DNA from: Microcystaceae cyanobacterium
GTDB taxonomy: Bacteria > Cyanobacteriota > Cyanobacteriia > Cyanobacteriales > Microcystaceae
DNA: 24,340 nucleotides
NCBI GenBank assembly: GCA_041746575.1
Contig: JBGTGT010000066.1
Span: 1 to 24,340 of the forward strand
Direction of reading: 5' to 3'
The notes below the pieces were generated by a model, which was given only the letters and a program-made list of their open reading frames with translations, did not search any database and was not told the origin of the DNA. Numbering within the stretch: the first letter of the stretch is position 1; every line of letters starts with the position of its first letter. Below are positions 15,597 through 24,340 of this stretch, in pieces. Made by a program: the position numbers and the translations under genes.

Positions 15597-16127
15597 ATGG
15601 TTAATGTAACGCTTAAACTCTACCAATTATGGAAAAATCGTATTTTGGTTGATTTTCCCCAAGATCCTGATAGTATCACTGCTTGGTTATTTGGTCAGCC
15701 TTCAGCTAACTATTCTGCTTTATCCTCTCATCAATTAACTCAGCAGATGGACTATCGTTATCGTATCTTACAAAAACGGTACTTGAAAACTTCTGCCCAA
15801 GAAGGATATAAGCAACTTGTTCGACGTTTATCAGTAATAATTGTTGAATATCCGCCAATTGCTCAAAAGTTGTCCCAAAAGTCCAATTACCATGGGTTCA
15901 TTCTTTCTTTGACCCAAAGCATCTTAGCAGAGATTGTGCATTATGACTTAGAAGCTCAAAGAACCATCAAGTGGATTGGACAATTAACCTCGGATACTCG
16001 CCTACAAGAAATATTATTGTTAGCCAGCTTAGAAGCGTATTGCTCACGCTTGGTTAATGATCAACCTGTTATTATTCATCGTTTGCGGGAATTTTTACAG
16101 CAAGATCAATCGGCTTTATCTGCTTAG
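15597..16127 (+). CDS. HetZ-related protein (N-terminal-domain-like, short)
   Basis: SITAWLFG, MDYRYRILQKRYL, YKQLVRRL and LLLASLEAYCSR...QP resemble, from memory, the N-terminal half of cyanobacterial HetZ-related proteins. Confidence 0.6.
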   Translation: MVNVTLKLYQLWKNRILVDFPQDPDSITAWLFGQPSANYSALSSHQLTQQMDYRYRILQKRYLKTSAQEGYKQLVRRLSVIIVEYPPIAQKLSQKSNYHGFILSLTQSILAEIVHYDLEAQRTIKWIGQLTSDTRLQEILLLASLEAYCSRLVNDQPVIIHRLREFLQQDQSALSA

Positions 16128-16396
16128 GGGATGGTTTGGTTGAAAGGATGTTGGATAGACACGCTTTCGGGGAATTCAATCTTCAAAAATTTCCCCATCA
16201 TCCCCATTCATCCCTTAAGTAGCCAATTGCAAGTTAATATCATACACCTTTGGGCGCAAAATAGGCACCCCTACCATCAATCATGTATCTCATCAAGTCG
16301 CAAAACGCTGTATTTTCCTACTTTTATGAAACGGATGCACCAAAGTAAAGAGATATCGGTAAAAAAAGATGAGCAGTTGACTGTTAACTAAACCTT

Positions 16397-17179
16397 TTAG
16401 GCGGTTTTAAAAAATTGAATTAATTCCCGCACGTTGGATAAAATTCGACTATCTTCAGTTAATTGTGCTATAGCCTGTTTCGTTTCTTGAGTAATTTTTT
16501 CGTGTTCTGTCTGATTTTGTTTTTGAAATTGTTCTAATAGATATTGTAGAGATATAATCTCTTGTTGGAGTTGATGCCATTTGCCTTGATAAGTTACAAT
16601 CCAAGATTTAGGATTATCTAAATCCCAGCGATTTTCTAACTGTTGAAGTCGGCTATCTAGCTTTTCAAAACGACCTTGTAACGCGATTACATCGTCACGA
16701 GGATATTTAATTTGTTGACGAATAAAACTCAGGCGAGTTGCTAAATATTGATAGGCGCGAATTGCTGGCCGTAATCCCATAAGCAACAAAGTTGCCGCCG
16801 AACTCACATAACCTAAAGAACTTAAATTAAAAAACGATAAACTATAAAGAACAAAGGCAGAAATTAGATGCAAACTAATCGCAATAATTAATGACCAATG
16901 GCGGACTCTATGGATATAACTGAGGTAATCTTGCTCAAAGATGATTTCTTTTGCTTGGGAAATTTGAGCGTCTGAGATCACTTCTTTCGCTTCAAAATAG
17001 ATATTCCAAGGGATCACGGTAATAATAAATAACCACCAAAAAATGGCGACGCCAATTAACCAATCAATTAAACTGCCAGAGGGAATTTGCAATCCTTGTA
17101 GAATTAAAAATGTAATTAATCCCAGTAAGGTCACCGCAAAGCCAAATCCCAAATAATAGGTACGATAATAAAGTGCCAT
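16397..17179 (-). CDS. Hypothetical membrane protein with C-terminal coiled coil
   Basis: About four TM segments followed by a Gln/Leu heptad region. Confidence 0.8.
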   Translation of the reverse strand: MALYYRTYYLGFGFAVTLLGLITFLILQGLQIPSGSLIDWLIGVAIFWWLFIITVIPWNIYFEAKEVISDAQISQAKEIIFEQDYLSYIHRVRHWSLIIAISLHLISAFVLYSLSFFNLSSLGYVSSAATLLLMGLRPAIRAYQYLATRLSFIRQQIKYPRDDVIALQGRFEKLDSRLQQLENRWDLDNPKSWIVTYQGKWHQLQQEIISLQYLLEQFQKQNQTEHEKITQETKQAIAQLTEDSRILSNVRELIQFFKTA

Positions 17180-17402
17180 CTGTTTTCTCTCAGTTTAGAA
17201 TAATTTTTCTTGTCTCAATAATGGCATTCCTCTAACGACTTCAGCTTAAGAACTGTGACAATTTTAAAAGTGTTGAAATGATTGACTAAAAGGTTGTTTT
17301 TTTTAATCTTGATGAAAATAGAAAAAGCGGGTACGCTACTGATAGATAAGGCACAGAGCCTTTGATTGTCGGGAATCGGAGCTAATTTTAAGGTGACCCT
17401 TA

Positions 17403-18221
17403 TTATGACAAAATACACTGAACAAGGGGTCGAAAAACAGGAATTAACTCCTCACGGCTAACCGCTAAACAAGTAAATGGCTGATCTTTGTAATTTTGTC
17501 CTACTTTTAAGGGAAATTGTGCTTCTTGATCATCTAAAAAGATGAAAGAGCCTCCTGCGCCTTTTAAAATGACCCAAACAGCCGCAATATCCCAAATTTT
17601 GGGGGTTGCTTCTACGCCTCCTAAGGCCGCACCTCCAGCAACTAAGAGAATATTATAACTCGCTACTCCAATCATGCGAATCTTACAGGGAAATGGCTTT
17701 TGTAAAATAGCTAAACTGCGCGCACAAAGGTTAAATAAATGACTTTTACTGGGATTATCAAGGCTGACGTGAATCGGTGCGTGATTACAATAAGAACCGG
17801 TTGGCCCTGTTAACCCTGTCTTTCCATACCAATAACCGTAATAGGATTGTCTTAAAGTCGGTAAATGAACGAAACCGAATACAGGTATCCCTTTATAAAC
17901 TAATCCTAACGAAATTCCCCAAATAGGAACACCTCTCGTAAAATTGGTCGTCCCATCAATGGGATCAATAATCCAACACCAGTCATTTTTGGGGAAAACA
18001 TGAGCCGTTTCTTCTGTTAAAACGCCATGATCGGGGAATTGATACAAAATTGCTTTCCTTATCTGTAAATCTGCCCATTTATCGCCTTGTGTAACCAATG
18101 TTCCATCGGATTTGTGCGTCGCTGATAATTGTCCAAAATCTTTCAAGAGTTGACTACCAATAGTTTCAGTCGTATTTTCGCAAAATGATCGAATATCTGC
18201 CCAAAAATCAGCCATTTTCAT
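17403..18221 (-). CDS. Inositol monophosphatase family protein
   Basis: LTEE, WIIDPIDGTTNF and IWDIAA motifs. Confidence 0.93.
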   Translation of the reverse strand: MKMADFWADIRSFCENTTETIGSQLLKDFGQLSATHKSDGTLVTQGDKWADLQIRKAILYQFPDHGVLTEETAHVFPKNDWCWIIDPIDGTTNFTRGVPIWGISLGLVYKGIPVFGFVHLPTLRQSYYGYWYGKTGLTGPTGSYCNHAPIHVSLDNPSKSHLFNLCARSLAILQKPFPCKIRMIGVASYNILLVAGGAALGGVEATPKIWDIAAVWVILKGAGGSFIFLDDQEAQFPLKVGQNYKDQPFTCLAVSREELIPVFRPLVQCILS

Positions 18222-18254
18222 CCTAAAGCAATTAATGATTTGCTGGCACCGTTA

Positions 18255-18611
18255 TCAATATTTACCTTCAGTTTCAGGGTTATCCATTTTGGGTAATCCC
18301 ATACTGTAGTTTAAGACTCTTGCTTGAATATTATAGCTAATTTGCCCTTTTTGTAGTAATTCGCGGACAAAATGCTCCAAATCTGAGCCAATGCGGCGTA
18401 AATTGTACTCACTTAGTTCTTCACCACTGTAAGATTCTACCAATCCATCGAATTGACGATAAACACTTTGCAAGGCTTCTTCTGACCAATTGAACTCGTT
18501 ATCGGGATCAACATCGAGTGTTAGAACATTTTCGCTAGTAACTAACTCATTTTTCTTGATTTCGGCAGTATAAAGTCGAATATGACGAGTGGTAGATTTA
18601 AGAATAATCAT
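18255..18611 (-). CDS. ndhM: NAD(P)H-quinone oxidoreductase subunit M
   Basis: LKSTTRHIRLYTAE, LTLDVDPDNEFNW, YNLRRIGSDLE, LNYSMGLP. Confidence 0.96.
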   Translation of the reverse strand: MIILKSTTRHIRLYTAEIKKNELVTSENVLTLDVDPDNEFNWSEEALQSVYRQFDGLVESYSGEELSEYNLRRIGSDLEHFVRELLQKGQISYNIQARVLNYSMGLPKMDNPETEGKY

Positions 18612-18769
18612 GGTTAAGCGTTAACGGTTGAAGGGTAGATGCGTTCAATTTATAAGATAACTCAGTTTACTAACAAATGAAGTGCAGGGATGAGGAAGGA
18701 AGTCTGGCAAAATTGACAACGCTAATTCACCCTTTCCCCAAACCCAACACCGAGATAACTCAAATTTTC

Positions 18770-19282
18770 CTAAGATTGACCGGCTTTAATACATTGTTCC
18801 ACCAAAGGAGCTACTTTATCTACTCCCTGCCATCCCAAAATTTCAGTGACTTTTTTTTCCAAATTTTTGTAGGTTCGGAAGAATTCAGCAATTTCCTCTA
18901 AACGATGAGGCGCAATATCGTCAAGACTTTTTACCCCATTGTAGCGCGGATCATCAGCCGGAACACAGAGGATTTTTTCGTCGCGATCGCCTCCATCTAT
19001 CATTTCTAACATCCCAAGGGGACGGGCGGCAATCACACACCCCGGAAAAGTCGGTTGATCCATAATCACCATACCATCTAAAGGATCACCATCATCAGCT
19101 AGGGTATTCGGCACAAATCCATAGTCGTAAGGATACTGTACGGACGCATACAAAACTCGATCAAGGATGAAAGCGTTCATTTTTTTATCAAATTCGTACT
19201 TATTTTTGCTTCCGGCAGGAATTTCAATAAGTACATTAATCAAACCTGCTTCAGGTTGTGCTGGAATGCGTGATAAATCCAC
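18770..19282 (-). CDS. ppa: Inorganic pyrophosphatase, family I
   Basis: [35 protein letters not shown] start at 19282 after GGAG. Confidence 0.97.
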   Translation of the reverse strand: MDLSRIPAQPEAGLINVLIEIPAGSKNKYEFDKKMNAFILDRVLYASVQYPYDYGFVPNTLADDGDPLDGMVIMDQPTFPGCVIAARPLGMLEMIDGGDRDEKILCVPADDPRYNGVKSLDDIAPHRLEEIAEFFRTYKNLEKKVTEILGWQGVDKVAPLVEQCIKAGQS

Positions 19283-19582
19283 AAGCGTTGCTCCCAAAAG
19301 TTTAAGACATTGCCTAATATTCGGGTAATAAACCCAGACTCAATTTTATCACCCTCATTACGCAGTAAGAATGATCATTTATGGATTATAAGGGGTGCGA
19401 ATCTACTAGAAATCTGAGCGACACGCAGGTGCAGACTTAATAGAGATATAAGTCATCATTTCCAATCTGATGAGTAAATTTGAACATTCTATACTTGACT
19501 TTACTTGACTTTTTTCGGCATCAAGCCCTATTCTTGTATAGATAATAATCAATTTTAAGGAAAGATTGATTTATTTAAATCT

Positions 19583-20986
19583 ATGACAATAGGAGAAAGT
19601 CTTGATATGCTGAGTTTACTAACTTGGCCGATGTTGCCAAGCTCAACTTTACTTGCGACTGAAACTGTTTCAGAAAATACACCTGTTGTCTTAACGGCAG
19701 TATTACTGAGTTTAGTAATTATTTACTTAGCGAGTAAATTAGGGGGCGAACTCTCAAAGGCGGTTAATTTACCGCCTGTCTTAGGAGAATTAGTCGGAGG
19801 GGTTGTTGTTGGGATTTCTGCCTTCCATTTTCTGGTCTTTCCCGAAAGTGGTGCCACCGCTCATGATTCTCTTTTAATGACTTTTTTGCAATTAATTGGT
19901 GACCTAAGCCCCGAAGCGGTTACTGACGTTTTTCGCTCTCAGAGTGAAGCTATTTCTATTTTAGCGGAATTAGGCGTCATTATCCTTTTATTTGAAATTG
20001 GTTTAGAATCAGACCTGCGAGAACTGCAAAAAGTAGGTTATCAAGCCGCTATTGTGGCTGTAGTGGGTGTGGCCGCACCTTTCGCCCTTGGAACAATCGG
20101 AGCGATGCTTTTATTCGCAATTCCGGCGATTCCAGCGATTTTTGCAGGAGCGGCTTTAACCGCCACCAGTATTGGCATTACTTCCAAGGTGCTGTCGGAA
20201 TTAGGTCAACTAAAGTCGAAAGAAGGTCAAATTATCGTCGGGGCGGCGGTTATTGATGATGTTCTGGGTATTATTGTCTTAGCCGTGGTAGTGGGTTTAG
20301 CGAAAACGGGAACGGTGGATGTTCTCAGTGTACTTTACTTAATTATCAGCGCAACGGTTTTTCTGTTAGGCTCAATTTTTCTGGGTAAATTCTTTAATAA
20401 ATCCTTTGTCGCTATTGCAGAACGCTTACAGACGCGCGGGAATTTAGTCATTCCGGCTTTAACCTTTGCTTTTTTAATGGCCTTTTTAGCCAATGCGATT
20501 CATTTGGAAGCCATTTTAGGGGCATTCGCGGCGGGTTTAGTTCTCGATGAAACGGATAAGCGTAAGGAATTAGATCAACAGATTATGCCCATTGCAGATA
20601 TTCTCGTGCCGATTTTCTTTGTAACTGTGGGTGCAAAAGCAGATTTAGGGGTTTTAAACCCGTTTATTGCTGAAAATCGAGAGGGATTGATTATTGCTAG
20701 TTTTTTAATTTTAGCGGCGATTTTGGGTAAAGTCATTACCGGTTGGACGGTGGTTGGACAATCAAATCTTAACCGTCTTGCGATCGGTATTGGCATGATT
20801 CCTCGCGGAGAGGTAGGATTAGTCTTTGCGGGCATTGGCTCAGCTAGTGGACTTCTCAGCAAGCCTCTTGAAGCTGCCATCATTGTAATGGTCATTTTAA
20901 CCACTTTTCTCGCTCCTCCTCTTCTAAGATGGGCTTTTCACGGGGAAACAAACGAAACCGTTAGTTCTGCCGATCTAGTACCCTAA
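19583..20986 (+). CDS. nhaS3: Na+/H+ antiporter, CPA2 family (NhaS3-like)
   Basis: LPPVLGELVGG, TATSIGIT, AAVIDDVLG, GMIPRGEVGL. Confidence 0.88.
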   Translation: MTIGESLDMLSLLTWPMLPSSTLLATETVSENTPVVLTAVLLSLVIIYLASKLGGELSKAVNLPPVLGELVGGVVVGISAFHFLVFPESGATAHDSLLMTFLQLIGDLSPEAVTDVFRSQSEAISILAELGVIILLFEIGLESDLRELQKVGYQAAIVAVVGVAAPFALGTIGAMLLFAIPAIPAIFAGAALTATSIGITSKVLSELGQLKSKEGQIIVGAAVIDDVLGIIVLAVVVGLAKTGTVDVLSVLYLIISATVFLLGSIFLGKFFNKSFVAIAERLQTRGNLVIPALTFAFLMAFLANAIHLEAILGAFAAGLVLDETDKRKELDQQIMPIADILVPIFFVTVGAKADLGVLNPFIAENREGLIIASFLILAAILGKVITGWTVVGQSNLNRLAIGIGMIPRGEVGLVFAGIGSASGLLSKPLEAAIIVMVILTTFLAPPLLRWAFHGETNETVSSADLVP

Positions 20987-21112
20987 TTTCCCTATCTTCA
21001 ATTCTGTAAGATTAAATGGTTCAATGATTTTGTGATCTTCTGAGCCATTTTTTTAGGTTTTTTTCGGGAGAATTTTCAAGGATTTAGGCAAAATAGAAAA
21101 AAATAACTCACA

Positions 21113-21889
21113 TCAAATGACTGCATTAGACTTTGATGGTACTGCTGTTTTTGGCACTTGGGAAACGGCAATAGATGCCGCAGAGGAAGGAATCGGGGCT
21201 TCTTGCAAAACATCAGGATTAAAACGATAACCCACATTCCTCACCGTTTGAATAATACTGGGTTGTCGAGGATCCGTTTCGATTTTCTTCCTCAAGGAAA
21301 GTACATGGGTGTCAATGGTTCGGGGATTGTCAATGGCTTCTGGCCACGCTTGTTGCAGTAATTCAGCCCGACTGAGAGGAATTCCTTCTGCTTGAGCTAA
21401 AACATACAATAAACTGAATTCTTGCGGAGTTAAGTCCACAAAATCCCCCATATACTGCACCCGACGCTGAACTAAATCAATTTTTAAGTCGCCATAATCG
21501 AGGTATAACGGGGCGGCAGATACCTTGACTCGCCGAATGAGGGCTTCAACCCTTGCCAAAAATTCCTGCATACCAAAGGGCTTTTTGAGATAATCATCTG
21601 CGCCAGACTTTAATCCTCTCACAATATCACTCTCAGTCGTTTTAGCTGACAGAATTAACACTAAGGATTGACGCTTCTGATAAATCCACTGACAAAAATC
21701 TACCCCATCCCCATCGGGTAAATCCGAATCTAATACCACAAGAGTGGGCAGTCTTTGTGCAAACGCCTGTCGCGCTTGATGGAGATTAGCACATTGTTGT
21801 ACCGCGTAGCCAGCCTGCTGTAAGTGCCAGGCTAACAGCGATCGCAGATGGGGATTTCCCTCGACAATTGAAACATATACTAAGCTCAC
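21113..21889 (-). CDS. nrrA: OmpR-family nitrogen-regulated response regulator NrrA/Rre37
   Basis: IVEGNPHLRSLLAWHLQQ N-terminus, winged helix RTIDTHVLSLRKK, upstream NtcA promoter. Confidence 0.88.
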   Translation of the reverse strand: MSLVYVSIVEGNPHLRSLLAWHLQQAGYAVQQCANLHQARQAFAQRLPTLVVLDSDLPDGDGVDFCQWIYQKRQSLVLILSAKTTESDIVRGLKSGADDYLKKPFGMQEFLARVEALIRRVKVSAAPLYLDYGDLKIDLVQRRVQYMGDFVDLTPQEFSLLYVLAQAEGIPLSRAELLQQAWPEAIDNPRTIDTHVLSLRKKIETDPRQPSIIQTVRNVGYRFNPDVLQEAPIPSSAASIAVSQVPKTAVPSKSNAVI

Positions 21890-21922
21890 CCTAGATTCTT
21901 CCTATTCAACTAAACGTCTTCT

Positions 21923-21964
21923 ACAGTATCAGAGCAAATGTCAAGATTCTGTAACATTTGCTAC
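21923..21964 (-). promoter_or_regulatory. NtcA-activated promoter of nrrA
   Basis: GTAGCAAATGTTAC (GTA-N8-TAC, 21964-21951), 22-nt spacer, then TACTGT (TAN3T, 21928-21923). Confidence 0.88.
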
Positions 21965-22204
21965 CTTCAATAGTCTCAAACCTGAGACAATCTTAAGAAA
22001 TCCTAAAGAATGCTAGAGCAGGAGGTTTTTTATCGATATTTTAGCATTCGTTCCTTTTTGCCGATTTAGGCAGGTACAATAAAGATAAGACTTTATCAAG
22101 GCATTTTCGTCACTCCTAACGATTCGGGGGGATTATGCCTAAACCATAACACAATCTTAAATTCTTAACTTAACGAATTCGACAGCGTTCACCTAAATGG
22201 AATC

Positions 22205-22453
22205 ATGCTTCAAGATCCCCAAACCATCCGATTTTACCAAAGATTGACCGATTCAATGGTTGATTTATGGCACCGAGGCTATCGATTCGACGAGATTCGC
22301 TTATATATGGACGGTTATTTGGCAAGTCTTCGTCACAGTAACCAATTGGAAGCCTATTTAATTCATCGCCTTGAGGAAGCGGCGGTCAGTTTCCTGCGAG
22401 ATCCTTTAAATTTCACGACTGCCATGCCCCAACCAGAGCCTGAGATGAATTAG
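22205..22453 (+). CDS. Conserved cyanobacterial small protein (DUF6761-like)
   Basis: TIRFYQRLTD...RLYMDGYLASL...IHRLEE pattern. Confidence 0.8.
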   Translation: MLQDPQTIRFYQRLTDSMVDLWHRGYRFDEIRLYMDGYLASLRHSNQLEAYLIHRLEEAAVSFLRDPLNFTTAMPQPEPEMN

Positions 22454-22514
22454 CTGGGCTTAGTCTCCGTTTAGGGCGATTTCGTCGGGTGGGCGAGGCC
22501 CACCTTATTTTAAT

Positions 22515-22838
22515 TTAAGAAGCAAGGGCGACTTCTAACATCTGGGGTAATTCTCCGTTTTGATACAGTTCTATCAAAATATCTGAACCGCCCACAAATT
22601 CCCCATTTATATAAACTTGGGGGATCGTTGGCCATTCAGAATACTCTTTAATGCCTTGACGAATTTCAGAATCAGACAAAATATCAAACGTTTCAAAAGG
22701 AACGCCTGTCGTGTTGAGGATTTGCACGACATTATTAGAAAATCCGCATTGAGGCATTAATTTATTGCCTTTCATGAAGACAAAAATTTTGCTACTCTTG
22801 ATGAGTTGTTCTATCCGTTCTCGGGTTTCAGGTGTCAT
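22515..22838 (-). CDS. grxD: Monothiol glutaredoxin Grx4
   Basis: FMKG...PQCGFS, WPTIPQVY, GGSDI. Confidence 0.96.
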   Translation of the reverse strand: MTPETRERIEQLIKSSKIFVFMKGNKLMPQCGFSNNVVQILNTTGVPFETFDILSDSEIRQGIKEYSEWPTIPQVYINGEFVGGSDILIELYQNGELPQMLEVALAS

Positions 22839-22993
22839 AGGTCGTCTAGAAACTGAACAATAATGAATGGTGAGGGACTTGAACTACTATTCTACTGAAT
22901 TTAAGCAAGAACAGGTCGTGTTACCCCCTTCTTTTGATCAAGGGCGAATGTTCAAATTAGAAAATAAAACTGATTGGTCAAATTTTCTCCCCT

Positions 22994-23581
22994 TTAAGCC
23001 GTTTTCGGCATCAGAGGGATTTGTTTTAATCTTAAACCCAGAATCGAGAACTGTTGCTCAATTATCTCTTGGGGATAAGGAGGCGTTTCGTCAAAGGTTT
23101 GCAAAGGGGTGGTTAAAACCCCTAAAACGCTCACTGGTATCTGAATAAACAGATTCGCCAACACAAAGGAAACCGCCGCGATCAATAAGCCTAAAATCCG
23201 CCATTGAGGTAACTTTAAGGTTACCATTGCCCCTAGAGGCGCAGATTGGTACAAAAACCATAATACACCCATCATGGCGATCGCTGTAATCAAGGTCAAA
23301 AAACGATGTTTCGGCGTTTTAAATCGCGATAAAACTCGTCTTTGATTTTCAGTTAAGGTGGATGGAGTAAGGGAAACAAGAATTAGGCAGTAAATCGAAA
23401 AGGGACGAAACCACTGCATCAGAACAACAGGGACGATGCCGAAAATAACTAAGAAAACTAATTCTAGCCAAAAAAAGGGTAACGGATCCCCGATGGATAA
23501 ACCCAACCCTGTTAACTCTAGAAAAATCGGAAAAGCGGCCATTCCCGCGAGATGTAGCCAGAGATAAGGATCAGAACGCAT
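22994..23581 (-). CDS. Conserved cyanobacterial membrane protein (low-complexity tail membrane protein family)
   Basis: DPYLWLHLAG start; four TM segments; LANLFIQIPVSV. Confidence 0.8.
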   Translation of the reverse strand: MRSDPYLWLHLAGMAAFPIFLELTGLGLSIGDPLPFFWLELVFLVIFGIVPVVLMQWFRPFSIYCLILVSLTPSTLTENQRRVLSRFKTPKHRFLTLITAIAMMGVLWFLYQSAPLGAMVTLKLPQWRILGLLIAAVSFVLANLFIQIPVSVLGVLTTPLQTFDETPPYPQEIIEQQFSILGLRLKQIPLMPKTA

Positions 23582-23782
23582 AGTATTAGAAGCAAATTAA
23601 ACATAAACATCATTAGTCCTTATTTTAAAAGATTTTTTCCCTCTTTTTTGCCTTTCTCCTTAGTTCTTCATAAAAGGACGTTTTTGGGTCTCTCACAGCA
23701 CTTGACATATCAATTTAATTTGATATATTCTTATATTTGTATCATTGAAAGCAAAAAAAAGAAGAATTAAAAAGAAATTAAA

Positions 23783-24241
23783 ATGGACAAAGATGTTTCT
23801 TATCCTGATTATCTTTGGTGGGTTATTCCCAAAAAATTAGCAGGAATGCCTCGTCCTCCCCTTGACGATTTACCTCAACTTTATCAAGCAGGATTAAGAG
23901 GAATTGTCTCAGTTATGGATGAATCTTCTTTAATTCAAGAATATCAAAAAATGAAATTTGAGGCTCTTTCTTTACCCATTTTAGAAGACCTTGCTCCGAC
24001 GATTCCACAAGTCTTAAAATTTGTTCAGTTCGCTGATATGATAATGTCTCAGAATCAAGCAGTTGCTGTTCATTGTACAGGGGGAAATCATCGTACTGGA
24101 ACATTACTTGCTTCTTATTTTGTGGCTAAAAAAGAAAATCCAGACTTGAGCATTCAACGAATTCAGCAGATTCATCCGACCGCACGGTTATCTAAACCTC
24201 CAGGGCTATTTCATTCTAAAAAGTACCAAAATCTGCTTTAG
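23783..24241 (+). CDS. Dual-specificity/protein-tyrosine phosphatase, C-terminus replaced by IS sequence
   Basis: LWWVIPKKLAGMPRP; HCTGGNHRTG (CX5R); residues encoded after 24200 are read from the IS end. Confidence 0.85.
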   Translation: MDKDVSYPDYLWWVIPKKLAGMPRPPLDDLPQLYQAGLRGIVSVMDESSLIQEYQKMKFEALSLPILEDLAPTIPQVLKFVQFADMIMSQNQAVAVHCTGGNHRTGTLLASYFVAKKENPDLSIQRIQQIHPTARLSKPPGLFHSKKYQNLL

Positions 24242-24340
24242 TCCATAACTGCATAATCGTTGTGCTTGCGCCATATTCGTAAAACCCGCTTCTCGGTACA
24301 GATTAATGGCTAAATCCCTTGTAATTGCCCATAGATTCGG
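24201..24340 (-). mobile_element. End of an ISAs1-family insertion sequence (partial transposase 24206-24340)
   Basis: Minus frame PNLWAITRDLAINLYREAGFTNMAQAQRLCSYGLKQILVLFRMK* resembles cyanobacterial ISAs1 C-termini; CAGGGC terminus at 24201 directly beyond the stop codon. Confidence 0.75.

Noticed and set aside
16131..16391. 86-aa ORF (+)
   Set aside because: No RBS or protein-like features; lies between convergent genes and is probably non-coding.
10031..24104. Other short track ORFs (10031, 13322, 17215, 18677, 20575, 21158, 22867, 23913)
   Set aside because: Antisense or overlapping shadows of well-supported genes, or featureless intergenic frames.

Overview
Cyanobacterial genomic DNA (ndhM, nrrA with an NtcA box, HIP1 octamers) in three parts. 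(1) 1-8887 is an apparently complete filamentous-phage (inovirus-like) prophage. It carries a Rep_trans initiator, a duplicated SSB-like gene, many small hydrophobic virion genes, a pVIII-like coat gene, a Zot/pI ATPase and a type IV pilin-like gene. Its only recombinase is an IS110-family DEDD protein (82-1527, minus strand). Upstream of the recombinase is a structured non-coding region with four CGTCTG-N10-AAGACT units in two stem-closed pairs. The first pair of 10-mers matches the element's own joined ends (GGTCA-TTC-CTACT). The second pair spells a target, AGTCCT-TTC-ATTTAA, whose visible half matches the host flank at 8885-8893, where a DUF347/COG4705 gene is cut. This reads as a bridge-RNA-guided integrating phage with an unusually symmetric, repeat-built guide RNA and a 3-bp TTC core. 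(2) 8888-24200 is mostly ordinary chromosome: jag-yidC-PH-rnpA-rpmH, an HTH-AAA_35 regulator, a HetZ-related gene, IMPase, ndhM, ppa, a Na+/H+ antiporter, nrrA, grxD and a phosphatase. (3) 24201-24340 is the end of an ISAs1-family element inserted in the phosphatase 3' end. All calls come from reading the sequence by eye; no searches or folding programs were run.
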